DNA of 64,000 nt from Ranitomeya imitator (taxonomy: Eukaryota): contig NC_091291.1 of the NCBI RefSeq assembly GCF_032444005.1, positions 22,692,001 to 22,756,000 of the forward strand, in the 5' to 3' direction. Of this stretch, positions 1-13,142 are shown in pieces (the stretch's first letter is position 1; every line of letters starts with the position of its first letter). The translations under genes were made by a program, and so were the position numbers. A model generated the notes under the pieces. The model had not been told where the DNA came from, did no database searches, and saw only the letters and a program-made list of their open reading frames with translations.

Positions 1-158
1 TTTCACGGTCAGGACGTCTGCACTAATTCGCGCTCGTGTAGACAGATGGCTCCTCGCGTGAGCTCTACAGATAAAGATGGCAGCTCCGACATCCCCCCGG
101 GGGGGCAGTACTGGGCATTTACTAAGTGTTCACACCCCGGCATCGCTCCTCCTCTCAC

Positions 159-317
159 CATGATGTTGGGTAGAGTCGCGTAACGTGGTTCGTTTAGTCG
201 CAGGTCGGCGGTCACCACAGCCGGTAGCTTCATGCTGATGGTTTCCAGACCCCCGTCTACCTCCCGGACCACAGTCAGCTTCTCGCCTTCTACTTTAACC
301 TCGGATGCAAAAGTGGC
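159..317 (-). CDS. ETFB: Electron transfer flavoprotein beta, coding exon 5 (ATFASEVK...RYATLPNIM)
   Basis: 159 nt, phase 0/0; acceptor cag at 320-318, donor gtgaga at 158; translation matches the ETFB segment [19 protein letters not shown]. Final exon lies left of position 1. Confidence 0.97.
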
Positions 318-1015
318 CTGGAGAGAGAACGTCGAGGTTAGTGGGAGAAGACATGCAAAGATTCTTCCCGGACGAGCCGGATGGATGAGGCCAAATTTCA
401 CATGACCTTCAATCTCGCACCCAACGGCCTCCATAAATGACAAACTATGGACGGCAGCGGTAGGAGGCCCACCCAAACGGGCATGCTCTCCAGGGCGGCG
501 GGGGTCCCAGCGGTCAGAACGTTAAGCTCATGGAACGACCAACACTCGCCAAGTTGGGACAACTTAGGAAACCCGTCAACTGTCTCATGCCGACCGCACC
601 AAAGCAGTTTTGAGAGACCGGTCAATAACAGGGAAACCAGTCAACCAAGACTTGGCGGGGCGAAAAGTCGGAGCGGACCTTTCTCTTCCTCTCAATGTAC
701 AGGTTTCCCATTAAGTGGCACAACTTTTTGTAGTGAGGGATCTAGCCATGATTTTCTGTCCATCCAGCATGAAACGATTGATAGGCTCCATTTAAAGGGG
801 TTATCCAGTATCTCTCGTTTCCACCTCATGGGGTAGGAGGCGCTACCAAGGTCGGGCATGTTGGCTGCTTGCCAGGAGACAAGATACCCGACAAATGCCC
901 TTCCGCAACGCCTCTCTGCCAAGAAGCTAGAGGAGCTCGGTGACCCTCCTATGTCTGGAGGGCAGAGATGAAGCTCTTGATTCCTCTCTGGAGCCCGTTC
1001 CCTGGTTGGAGGTAC

Positions 1016-1078
1016 CTGAGGCCAGTCCAGGAGAGCAGCGGTCATCTGGCCGGTTTGGTTACAGTCGTCGTCGATGGC
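1016..1078 (-). CDS. ETFB: ETFB coding exon 4 ([21 protein letters not shown])
   Basis: 63 nt; acceptor tag at 1081-1079, donor gtacc at 1015; conserved [12 protein letters not shown] motif. Confidence 0.97.
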
Positions 1079-1292
1079 CTAGGAGGGAAGACCGAGGGAA
1101 AAAGAGTGAGCAGGAGAGACAAGAAGGCAGAGAACTCTCACCCTGGATCCTTATATGAAAGCCGGCATTTTGGAAGAGGCATCATCGCCGCGATGCCTGA
1201 CTGATGCCATATAACCATGAACTATGGCTGCACACTGCCGGCCGCTATAAGGCCCGCAGGGCGGTAAGATGGAGGCGCGCACACACACACAC

Positions 1293-1451
1293 CTGCTTTC
1301 CCAGCAGCACCAGGTTCACGTTCTCCTTCTTGGCCACAGCGGCCAGAATCTTAGAGACCTGGAAAGGTCCGAGCGTCTCGGCATCCTTGGCAGACAAATC
1401 TACGTGGATCCCCCGGTCGACTCCCATGGCTAAGGCCGTGCGGATCGTCTC
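1293..1451 (-). CDS. ETFB: ETFB coding exon 3 ([14 protein letters not shown]...LVLLGKQ)
   Basis: 159 nt; acceptor tttttcag at 1452, donor gtgtgt at 1292; matches ETFB ALAMGxDRGIHV. Confidence 0.97.
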
Positions 1452-1713
1452 CTGAAAAAAAAAAGTTAAATATTTTGATAAATTTGTACTTTTATGGATG
1501 TGGCGATATTAAATGCGCTGAGAAAAAAGGGGATTGCAAAAAGGGGAGCAATTTAGACTTTAGGATTTTTATTTTTACGTTACTTATGCCATATACTGCA
1601 ATACTACAGAAGATTACCGCTCTCCTATGAAGCAGAGTCATTGGCTGGGCTTCAAAGATGGCGGCGATCTGGGCCAACGAGCGATAGAATGATTGTATCA
1701 TGCAATCGGCCAC

Positions 1714-2025
1714 TTAAAGGGGTTATTCCCATTTTCATAGATGAGTATTGTTGGATAGAGCTAGTAAAGACAAGCACTTTTGCAATTTACAACTTGCTAA
1801 AATTTCCAGCCGTTCTTGAGATATTACTGCTTTTCTTTTGCTTACAGCTCATTGCCTTGGATACCGACCACCGCAGTAGGTCTCCTAGGCAATGAGCTGT
1901 AAACAAAAGTGTTAATAACTAAAGAACGGCTGAAAATTTTAACACGAAGTAAATTACAAAAGTGCTCGTATTTACAAGGACAATCCGACAAGATACATTT
2001 CTGAAAATGAGAACAAACCCTTTAA
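1714..2025. mobile_element. T2/Kolobok-type MITE in ETFB intron 2
   Basis: TTAA-AGGGGTT...AACCCT-TTAA termini; internal inverted arms; related copy at about 41360-41770. Confidence 0.7.
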
Positions 2026-3277
2026 ATGGATATAAACAGAAGCAGTTAAAGAGGTTGCAACCAGTGCAATCTAAAGGGGTATTGTAGTCCAGCTCACTTT
2101 CATATTGGGTGGGTGACACCCATCGCCGGGACATGTGGCCGATCAGCAAGGATCATGCACCTATCATGGGGAACAGGAAGAGTGCTGACCCCCACTGGCC
2201 ACTTCCAGTACTGCACTCACTGCAATAAAACAGTCGCCAGCTGCAGCATAAGAGGTAATCCGGAAGAAATAAAATCTAGATATTGGGGAATTAATAAATC
2301 CTGGTATCTGTACGGTATTATTACAGCACACATATGAGCGTGGCAAGGCTTGCATATAATAGTGTGGATTTATAGATAATTTCTGCGACTCGGGGTGTAA
2401 ATGACACTGGTGCAGCGTTCAGATTAAAATCAGAACAAGAAGCAGCGGGGAGCTAAGTATCCGCCATTTCTCTGATATAACACATATCAAAAGCCGGGAA
2501 AAGTAGACTGTAATTAAGGCGTTGTGCTTAGGTCGCTCCTCCGTCACAAGACGCAGACAATTTCCTCCATTTCCCATGGGTCAGGTAACAGGATTAGATA
2601 GACGAGCCGACGATGGCGCACAGGAATGAATAGGCTATGGGCGATGTCACCGCGTGCACAATCATCCAGGCCCCGGTAATATCCAGATCACTCCTACAGA
2701 TTACAAATATAATAATTATTTCTACTATATAATTGTCTAAGGGTCACGTCTGTCTGTCAGTCACGGAAATCCCGCGTCCAATCAGTGACGGGGACAGTCC
2801 GGCCGTGAAATGGCCGCTCCCTACTCCCCCCAGTCAGCGCCCACATAGCGTTAAAAGGACTGCCTTACACCGCGGCATAACGTGGTGTAACGCACTCCGT
2901 TAACGCTGCCATTAACCCTGTGTGACCAACGTTTTACTATTGAGGCAGCCGATGCAGCATCAAGAGTAAAAACATATAAAGTTAAAAATAATTTAAAAAA
3001 AAATAAAACAAAATCATTATATACTCACCCTTCGGTGGCCCCCGGATCCAGCCCAGGCCCTTCCCACTCCGGTCGCAATAATGCATTGCGGCAATGACCG
3101 GAGAGGACGTAGCGGTCTCGCCTGACAACTAAATCATCATGTGTTATTGCCGCTTGGGACCGGAGCGGCGCGTGAGGAGCGGGAAAGGCCTGGGATGGAT
3201 CCGGGGGCCATCGGAGGGTGGGAACCATTTTTTAATTTTTTATTTTTTTTTAACAGGGATATGGTGCCCACATTGCT

Positions 3278-3443
3278 NNNNNNNNNNNNNNNNNNNNNNN
3301 NNNNNNNNNNNNNNNNNNNNNNNNNNNNNNNNNNNNNNNNNNNNNNNNNNNNNNNNNNNNNNNNNNNNNNNNNNNNNNNNNNNNNNNNNNNNNNNNNNNN
3401 NNNNNNNNNNNNNNNNNNNNNNNNNNNNNNNNNNNNNNNNNNN
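3278..3443. other. N-run (assembly gap or masked sequence)
   Basis: 166 N. Confidence 0.99.
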
Positions 3444-6400
3444 CACACACACACTACGTGGGCTGTGCCACACACACACACACACTACGTGGGCTGTGCC
3501 ACACACACACACACACTACGTGGGCTGTGCCACACACACACACACTACGTGGGCTGTGCCACACACACACACACTACGTGGGCTGTGCCACACACACACA
3601 CACTACGTGGGCTGTGCCACACACACACACACTACGTGGGCTGTGCCACACACACACACACTACGTGGGCTGTGCCACACACACACACACTACGTGGGCT
3701 GTGCCACACACACACACACTACGTGGGCTGTGCCACACACACACACTACGTGGGCTGTGCCACACACACACACTACGTGGGCTGTGCCACACACACACAC
3801 TACGTGGGCTGTGCCACACACACACACTACGTGGGCTGTGCCACACACACACACTACGTGGGCTGTGCCACACACACACACTACGTGGGCTGTGCCACAC
3901 ACACACACTACGTGGGCTGTGCCACACACACACACTACGTGGGCTGTGCCACACACACACACACTACGTGGGCTGTGCCACACACACACACTACGTGGGC
4001 TGTGCCACACACACACACTACGTGGGCTGTGCCACACACACACACTACGTGGGCTGTGCCACACACACACACTACGTGGGCTGTGCCACACACACACACT
4101 ACGTGGGCTGTGCCACACACACACACTACGTGGGCTGTGCCACACACACACACTACGTGGGCTGTGCCACACACACACACTACGTGGGCTGTGCCACACA
4201 CACACACTACGTGGGCTGTGCCACACACACACACTACGTGGGCTGTGCCACACACACACACTACGTGGGCTGTGCCACACACACACACTACGTGGGCTGT
4301 GCCACACACACACACTACGTGGGCTGTGCCACACACACACACTACGTGGGCTGTGCCACACACACACACTACGTGGGCTGTGCCACACACACACACTACG
4401 TGGGCTGTGCCACACACACACACTACGTGGGCTGTGCCACACACACACACTACGTGGGCTGTGCCACACACACACACTACGTGGGCTGTGCCACACACAC
4501 ACACTACGTGGGCTGTGCCACACACACACACTACGTGGGCTGTGCCACACACACACACTACGTGGGCTGTGCCACACACACACACTACGTGGGCTGTGCC
4601 ACACACACACACTACGTGGGCTGTGCCACACACACACACTACGTGGGCTGTGCCACACACACACACTACGTGGGCTGTGCCACACACACACACTACGTGG
4701 GCTGTGCCACACACACACACTACGTGGGCTGTGCCACACACACACACTACGTGGGCTGTGCCACACACACACACTACGTGGGCTGTGCCACACACACACA
4801 CTACGTGGGCTGTGCCACACACACACACTACGTGGGCTGTGCCACACACACACACTACGTGGGCTGTGCCACACACACACACTACGTGGGCTGTGCCACA
4901 CACACACACTACGTGGGCTGTGCCACACACACACACTACGTGGGCTGTGCCACACACACACACTACGTGGGCTGTGCCACACACACACACTACGTGGGCT
5001 GTGCCACACACACACACTACGTGGGCTGTGCCACACACACACACTACGTGGGCTGTGCCACACACACACACTACGTGGGCTGTGCCACACACACACACTA
5101 CGTGGGCTGTGCCACACACACACACTACGTGGGCTGTGCCACACACACACACTACGTGGGCTGTGCCACACACACACACTACGTGGGCTGTGCCACACAC
5201 ACACACTACGTGGGCTGTGCCACACACACACACTACGTGGGCTGTGCCACACACACACACTACGTGGGCTGTGCCACACACACACACTACGTGGGCTGTG
5301 CCACACACACACACTACGTGGGCTGTGCCACACACACACACTACGTGGGCTGTGCCACACACACACACTACGTGGGCTGTGCCACACACACACACTACGT
5401 GGGCTGTGCCACACACACACACTACGTGGGCTGTGCCACACACACACACTACGTGGGCTGTGCCACACACACACACTACGTGGGCTGTGCCACACACACA
5501 CACTACGTGGGCTGTGCCACACACACACACTACGTGGGCTGTGCCACACACACACACTACGTGGGCTGTGCCACACACACACACTACGTGGGCTGTGCCA
5601 CACACACACTACGTGGGCTGTGCCACACACACACTACGTGGGCTGTGCCACACACACACTACGTGGGCTGTGCCACACACACACTACGTGGGCTGTGCCA
5701 CACACACACTACGTGGGCTGTGCCACACACACACTACGTGGGCTGTGCCACACACACACTACGTGGGCTGTGCCACACACACACTACGTGGGCTGTGCCA
5801 CACACACTACGTGGGCTGTGCTACACACACACTACGTGGGCTGTGCTACACACACACTACGTGGGCTGTGCTACACACACACTACGTGGGCTGTGCTACA
5901 CACACACTACGTGGGCTGTGCTACACACACTACGTGGGCTGTGCTACACACACTACGTGGGCTGTGCTACACACTACGTGGGCTGTGCTACACACACTAC
6001 GTGGGCTGTGCTACACACTACGTGGGCTGTGCTACACACACTACGTGGGCTGTGCTACACACACTACGTGGGCTGTGCTACACACACTACGTGGGCTGTG
6101 CTACACACACTACGTGGGCTGTGCTACACACACTACGTGGGCTGTGCTACACACACTACGTGGGCTGTGCTACACACACTACGTGGGCTGTGCTACACAC
6201 ACTACGTGGGCTGTGCTACACACACTACGTGGGCTGTGCTACACACACTACGTGGGCTGTGCTACACACTACGTGGGCTGTGCTACACACTACGTGGGCT
6301 GTGCTACACACTACGTGGGCTGTGCTACACACTACGTGGGCTGTGCTACACACTACGTGGGCTGTGCTACACACTACGTGGGCTGTGCTACACACTACGT

Positions 6401-6935
6401 GGGCTGTGCTACACACTACGTGGGCTGTGCTACACACTACGTGGGCTGTGCTACACACTACGTGGGCTGTGCTACACACTACGTGGGCTGTGCTACACAC
6501 TACGTGGGCTGTGCTACACACTACGTGGGCTGTGCTATACACTACGTGGGCTGTGCTATACACTACGTGGGCTGTGCTATACACTACGTGGGCTGTGCTA
6601 CACACTACGTGGGCTGTGCTATACACTACGTGGGCTGTGCTATACACTACGTGGGCTGTGCTATACACTACGTGGGCTGTGCTATACACTACGTGGGCTG
6701 TGCTACACACTACGTGGGCTGTGCTATACACTACGTGGCTGTGCAATATACGTGGCTGTGCTATACACTACGTGGGCTGTGCTATACACTACGTGGGCTG
6801 TGCTATACACTACGTGGGCTGTTATACACTACGTGGCTGTGCAATATACGTGGCTGTGCTATACACTACGTGGGCTGTGCAATATACTACGTGGCTGTGC
6901 AATATACTATGTGGCTGTGCAATATACTACGTGGC
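3444..6935. repeat. Minisatellite CTACGTGGGCTGTGC(C/T)(AC)n, unit 21-31 bp
   Basis: Read directly; source of the 1316/1293/1167/646/556-aa periodic ORFs. Confidence 0.98.
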
Positions 6936-7094
6936 CGGCCGCGAATTGGCGCGGGATTTGAACCACGCTTCGCTAATTGGTCGCGCCCGGCCGAATCCTG
7001 TGTATTCAATGTATTATTCTAAAATCTCCATAAATAAACTACATATATATTCTAGAATACCCGATGCGTTAGAATCGGGCCACCATTAGATAGA

Positions 7095-7268
7095 TTAGAA
7101 TATAAGACATAATTTCAGCTGTTTCACACTTTTTTGTTAAGTATATAATTCCACATGTGATAATTCATAGTTTTGATGCCTTCAGTGTGAATGTACAATT
7201 TTCATAGTCATGAAAATACAGAAAAATCTTTAAATGGGAAGGTGTGTCCAAACTTTTGGTCTGTACTG
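7095..7268. mobile_element. Tc1-like transposon terminal fragment
   Basis: Ends ggtgtgtccaaacttttggtctgtactg-TA, a typical Tc1 right terminus. Confidence 0.6.
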
Positions 7269-8081
7269 TATATCTAAATAAAACTTTTTTTTTATATATA
7301 TATTTTTCAACTTATTTCGATTTTTGCTTTTTTATTATTATTATTAACATTTTTATTTCTTCAATTTAAATAATTAAAAAGATAAAACAATCTGCCCGAG
7401 GTGCAGGTGTAGTATTGATCAAGGTAAAAAAAAAAAAAAAAAAAAAAGTAATCTGCAAAATTTGGGAATAAAAAAAATAAAAAATAATAAATAAATAAAT
7501 AAAAATGAAACAGTGCCTGACAGATGCAGTAATCATCTCCGAGTTTTCGGCTCTGCCAGGGAAGCGCGATTGCAGCTCCTTAACCATGAGATTGCTGAAT
7601 GCGAAATCTACTAATCGCCGCCCTGTCTGGGCACTGCTCGCTCACGGAGACATGCGCTCGCCGCCATGACATTTAGAAAAGATGGAGGAGGGAGCGAGCG
7701 GAGAGCGTCAGGATCCGGCTTTCTGAATCATTAACCAGAGGAGGGAGACGGAGGGAAAAACATATAGGAGGACTATGAGGGTAACGGGCTGGGGGCCGGG
7801 GGAGAGGGATAGTGGAAAGGGCTGAGAGCGCAGCCTACAAATACTAGGAGGAGAAGAGCATGACATACCATGCCCAGCTGTCAGTCAAGGGTTTGGTTTT
7901 TTTTTCTATATATTTAAGCAAAAAAAAAAAAAAAAAAAAAAATCATGACTGACAGCAAAAACAGATTTAGAATTTTGTTTTTGCAGTAAAAAGAAAAAAG
8001 TAAAAAAAAAAAAAAAAAAATCTATAAAATATATATTCTAAATATATATTAATTTCTCAGAGATGAGAACCAAAAACTGAC

Positions 8082-8255
8082 NNNNNNNNNNNNNNNNNNN
8101 NNNNNNNNNNNNNNNNNNNNNNNNNNNNNNNNNNNNNNNNNNNNNNNNNNNNNNNNNNNNNNNNNNNNNNNNNNNNNNNNNNNNNNNNNNNNNNNNNNNN
8201 NNNNNNNNNNNNNNNNNNNNNNNNNNNNNNNNNNNNNNNNNNNNNNNNNNNNNNN
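8082..8255. other. N-run with A-rich low-complexity flanks
   Basis: 174 N. Confidence 0.99.
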
Positions 8256-9192
8256 AAAAATAATACACAATAAAAATCCCATAAAACAAAAAGCAAACAA
8301 ATCAAATATATTAAATAAAAGAAACCAATGCAAATAAAAAAATACAAAGATACTAAACATAAATAACATACACTTTCAAAAAAAAAAAAAAAAAAAAAAA
8401 AAAGATTAAAGACCGAAAAAACAAGGTGTTAAAATAAAAAAACAAAAAAAAAAAAAACAATGAACACTAGATAACCAACATATTTCTTTTAAAAACAAAA
8501 GTGCAAAACTATGGAGAAAAATGCATAAAAGAAGACCAAGAAAAATTACTAAATAGAAAAATAAAAGCAATAAAAAATACTGATGATTAAAAAAAAAATA
8601 AAAAAATTCAGCCACTAGTACGGTGCGTAGGTGGCAGATGATGACCACTTAAGGAGCTTTCCAAAGACTCTGATAGGTCAGGCAGGTACATTTTGCTTGC
8701 ATACTGCTTGTGTGTCAGTCTCCACTGCTAGATTAGCATTGTATTCCGGAACAGGCTGGGCCCTTGTGGCCCTCCGATAATTGTGAAGGGCACAGCACAC
8801 CCCGATGTACAGGCTTGTGTGGTGGAGGGGCCTCCTCGGTGGGTTTCTGATTGACACGAGCGGCAGCAGCCATAAACTGTGGATGACTTTCTGCTGCAAA
8901 ATTACTAGAGCAGAAAAGCGGAACTGACAGGTCTGAGGATTGGTTGCTGGGGGGACCGATCCTGTGAATGAAGTCGGGGCCTCTGAGCCGATGCATCTGC
9001 CGGGCAGGACGCACGGGGCAGAGGGGGGGTAGGAAGCAGCAGTGCATCATCTCCAGGTCTGATGGAGGGGTGGGCTCTGCACATCCAAGAGGGGCACGGG
9101 GGTCTTCTCTGATCGGAGCAACATCCATAGCAGATATTCAACCCTTGTGAGTGAAGGCCATGAGCCTCCGACTTTAAGAAAAATAGTAATCT

Positions 9193-9422
9193 CTTAAAGC
9201 GGATGCCCAAGCTTAGAATAATAAACTGTTTTCTTGCAGAAACGGCGCCACCTCTGTCCACAGGTTGTGTCTGGTATTGCATGGAAGTGAGGTATAATGC
9301 TGCTGACAACCTTGCGGGCAGAGGTCGCGTTGTTTTTTGGAAGAAGCCACGTTGGACAACCCCTATCAAGATCCCCTTTGCCTTTGAGGGACTGAATAAA
9401 AAGGTATGCATTTCCCTTTAAG
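9193..9422. mobile_element. T2-type MITE remnant
   Basis: TTAAAG...CCCTTTAA ends; internal motif aacggcgccacct...gtgtctggtattgca recurs near 11065 and 33705. Confidence 0.45.
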
Positions 9423-11296
9423 AACTTAAGAGAAGAACAACAAGTGATGGAATATCTAAAAAAATAAATAAATAAAAAATAATGCTATATATTTATTCGC
9501 CTGGATCACACGGCGGGATGTTCCGGGGGATTCCTGGCGTATATACGACGCGCGTCTGCTTTCGTTAATTTACACAAGCGTCGGACCTGGCAGGTGTCGG
9601 CCTCGTGCCGCGGGCGCAGTGTAAGGTCCATCGCCAGAAAGAGTAAGGAGGTGTAACAGATGTGCTGAGGAAAAGAGGACGGCGCCCCCTACTGGTGACA
9701 GCGGGGAACGCAGGCCAGAAATAAAAAAAAATTAACATCTTGCTGTCATTTGTATTTGCTTTCTACTCCACTCACAGCCAAAGCTGCACCAAGAATTTTT
9801 TCCTGCTTTCAGTTGTATGGCCTTGTTATAGTCACTGTCTTGTTTCCCCAGGCGACTAGTTAAAAAAAAGCAAGGGTGCAGGTCGCGCCACTCCTGTCGC
9901 CCCCATGGGTGCAGGCCGCGTAACTCCGGCTGCCTCCGTGTACTGGACGCAGAAAGCGCAAATCTTTTTTGCTTAACCCGGCGACAAAGTTCACTTCTCC
10001 AAGATGCCTTGAATTATTTTTTTCTTGAAACCGAAAATCTGGAGAACGTTCTTTGTCCCTTGGGTCCTGGACAGGGGGCAAATAAAGAAATAAATGCGGA
10101 TAGAAAAGCTCCCAAATGAGCGCTGCATAGACTGACCCGTCTGGCTCTGCTGCATCGCCGTCACATCCGCACATGCGGCTCACGTGGAAGCTTTTAGCGA
10201 GGGGAGAATTGTGAGCGCTGGAGCGCGGGCACCGCGGGGCATCAGCGGTGATGAGTCTGAATTGTATGATTAATACGTCCCGGGCCCGTGTGCCGCGTTA
10301 TCCGGGGAGCCCGGTGTGCGATACATCTGCAGCGGAGAGAGCGCTTCGGACCCCCAGGACGCTGCTCTGACTGATCCGAGACAAATCCATCAATAACGCC
10401 AATTACTGCCCCTGCGCCACCAGCGCCAGGGACCCTGCACAGTCCTGCGCTGTAATGAGAGGCGACAGCACACCAGCCTCACGCTCAATGTTACATTGCA
10501 TCACAAGGGATTAAGGATGCAAGTGCAGCAAACCCTCAGCTGTGAGAAGGAGGCAGTGCGAGGACTCCTCTGCTCATGCATTGCTCAGCAGGGGGCGCTA
10601 AGCTGACGTCAACAGCCTGGCACGGAGCAAAGACACCAAAGGGGAAAAGGCGTCTAAGTCGTCTTTATCCTTGTAATAATTAATGACAACACTTCCAGTT
10701 TTCACCACTAGATGTCAGCATAACAGTGAAAACTAGCCACAGGGAGATCTCGCTTTACAGCCTGCTGCAAACTGAAGCTTCTATAAAAAAAAAAAAACCA
10801 AAGCACCGGACTGCCAAATATATTCGCAGTACGTGGCCATTATTAATGATGGCGATTAATGATGCTACAATAGTCTCCAGGTCTTTTTAATCCAGTGATT
10901 GGCACCCGCCAGGTATAGAGCGGGCTCAGCCCCTGTGCCCGTGCCTTGGACCTGCACTGGACGTACTATTAATTAAGACATTCGCTGGAAAAGGCTGGTC
11001 CAGCACCGCACCGCTCTACGAGTCGTGTCTGGTATTACAGCTTAGTTCCAGTGATGCCAGTGGTGCAATACCAGTCACAACCTGTGCATAACGGTGGCGC
11101 TGTTTTTGGAATAAGGAGGTCATTTGGGGGTTTTTTTTGCAGCTGATCTGGGTGTGCAAAGACTCCAGAGCGCCGAGCGATCGCCACCAGGTCACCGCTG
11201 CCTCTGCTCGCTACCCTGCGCACATTCAGGACTAAATCGGCCGCAAGAGGGAAGGCAGAGGCGATGATAAACCACGTCTGCGTAAAAGTGGAGTAC

Positions 11297-11455
11297 CTGA
11301 CACTGCTGGGGGCCGCAGCTGACCGCGATGATCTCGCCGACGATCTTCTTCTCCTTTAATCGGACGGCTTCTTCCACCGCGATCTCGCAGAACGGATTCA
11401 TCGAGTGCTTCACGCCATCGGTGACCACGCCGGTCTTATCGGGCTTCACGCGGAC
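11297..11455 (-). CDS. ETFB: ETFB coding exon 2 ([30 protein letters not shown]...CGPQQCQ)
   Basis: 159 nt; acceptor ctccgcag at 11456, donor gtactc at 11296; conserved [18 protein letters not shown]. Confidence 0.97.
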
Positions 11456-12318
11456 CTGCGGAGAACAGAGAGGCGACGTTGGGTTACGGTGGTCGCCAGG
11501 AAGGTCCCCCCTACCTCAACCTCTGCTCTTTTCTACACCGATGCAATGGGACAAATTGCTGCTGTGTGACCTTATAAACGAAAGGTATCCGCAGCCCCAT
11601 GTAAAACGCGGTTCATCCTGAGCCACCTGATTCAGGAACAGGAATATGACTGCAAGGCTACATATTACGTAACACAAGCCCCCAGGGATCATCAATCTGC
11701 TAAATTAAATGCCAAAGGTCATTTTTTTCCCTGCTTATTAATGAATCTTTTTTTTAATTAGGGACCAGAAACGCGTTTCTCGCCTCGCAGACTGTTCCCG
11801 TGTCAGCAGGACGCCGCGTGACGAGCCGCCTCCACCTGCCGCAGAGGTTAACCATTCAATCTGGACGCTGAAGTGCATCTCAAGGACACGTTGGTTGTGT
11901 GCCTTGAACAGATGCCAGGAGAGAAGTGGCGCGCCGTCGCCCTCCCTGCCGCCGCAGAGCCGCACCGGACCGTTTAGACAGGAGAACACCTTTACTATCT
12001 GCGCTGCTCACAATCTCCTCTGATAGGAGGCAAACGAGATAAGGAATATGTTAAGTCAAATCTCATTTGTGCTATAGGGGGAAAAAATGAGAAATGGAAG
12101 ATAGGGGCCGCGGGGTCGTCCTGAGCTGCCGGAGCTCCCCCTGGTGGGCACAAGGTGGAAACGCAAGGTAGAAAGAAAAACGACGCCAATGTCTATGAAG
12201 AAATCAATAGTCCTGTAATGAGCCGGCGATGATCCCACTCACTTACATAGGGGACCATCACCGGCTCATTACAGGACTAATATTAACTAATAACACAGAC
12301 AATCTTCATAAAAAAAAT

Positions 12319-12449
12319 NNNNNNNNNNNNNNNNNNNNNNNNNNNNNNNNNNNNNNNNNNNNNNNNNNNNNNNNNNNNNNNNNNNNNNNNNNNNNNNNNN
12401 NNNNNNNNNNNNNNNNNNNNNNNNNNNNNNNNNNNNNNNNNNNNNNNNN
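12319..12449. other. N-run
   Basis: 131 N, AT-rich degenerate flanks. Confidence 0.99.
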
Positions 12450-12663
12450 TCATTTGAGGCATTTTTTAGCATTATTTAGGGAATTGTGTTTTTTTTACTA
12501 TTATTTTGGGATAATAATAATACATTACTATTAGTTTGTTTCTTACCATTTGGGGATTTTTTTTAAATTATTTTGGGATTCTTTTTTTTACTATAATTAT
12601 TTTGGGACTTACGGTAATAACAATAATAATAATAATTTTATTATTAAGTGCCAAAATAATTAT

Positions 12664-12697
<34 letters not shown>

Positions 12698-12759
12698 CGA
12701 AACAATCCAAAAATAATTTTTTTAAAAATTTCCAAAATGGTAACAAACAAATTAATACT

Positions 12760-12882
12760 AATAATAATAATTATAATAATCATCTTTATTTTTATATAGC
12801 GCTAACATATTCCGCAGCACTTTACATACATCATTGCTGTCCCCAATGGGGCTCACAATCTAAATTCCCTATCAGTATGTCT
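12760..12882 (-). mobile_element. 3' fragment of the tRNA-derived SINE
   Basis: Matches 32746-32875 (ctttatttttatatagcgctaacatatt...gctcacaatctaaattccctatcagtatgtct). Confidence 0.75.
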
Positions 12883-13013
12883 TAATAATAATATTATCAT
12901 TATTGATTATTAAATACCAAAATAATTTAAAAAATCTCCAAATGATAAGAAACAAACATTACAAAAATAAAAATAATAATAATATGGGAGTTTATTTTTC
13001 ATTTATTTTCATT

Positions 13014-13142
13014 NNNNNNNNNNNNNNNNNNNNNNNNNNNNNNNNNNNNNNNNNNNNNNNNNNNNNNNNNNNNNNNNNNNNNNNNNNNNNNNNNNNNNNN
13101 NNNNNNNNNNNNNNNNNNNNNNNNNNNNNNNNNNNNNNNNNN
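13014..13142. other. N-run
   Basis: 129 N. Confidence 0.99.

Larger units (their letters stand above)
2721..7089 (+). mobile_element. Non-autonomous Helitron/HINE-like element with internal minisatellite
   Basis: 5' TC start (tctactatataattgtc) followed by (TCTG)n; 3' hairpin CCCGAT-gcgttaga-ATCGGG at 7060-7079 then TTAG (degenerate CTAG) at 7086-7089; no TSD or TIR seen. Confidence 0.6.

Noticed and set aside
9-476. 155-aa ORF as a stand-alone gene
   Set aside because: Only 159-317 is coding (ETFB exon 5); the flanks are intron.
3139-7089. 1316/1293/1167-aa His/Thr-rich ORFs
   Set aside because: All frames on both strands are open because the minisatellite lacks stops; they span an N-gap and lie in an ETFB intron.
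8256-8620. A-rich pseudo-coding sequence beside N-runs (also 12450-13310)
   Set aside because: Degenerate low-complexity sequence next to gaps, possibly poor consensus; no reliable feature.
10247-10375. Possible C/D snoRNA (GTGATGA...CTGA)
   Set aside because: Antisense to the host gene ETFB, weak terminal stem and no recognisable guide sequence.
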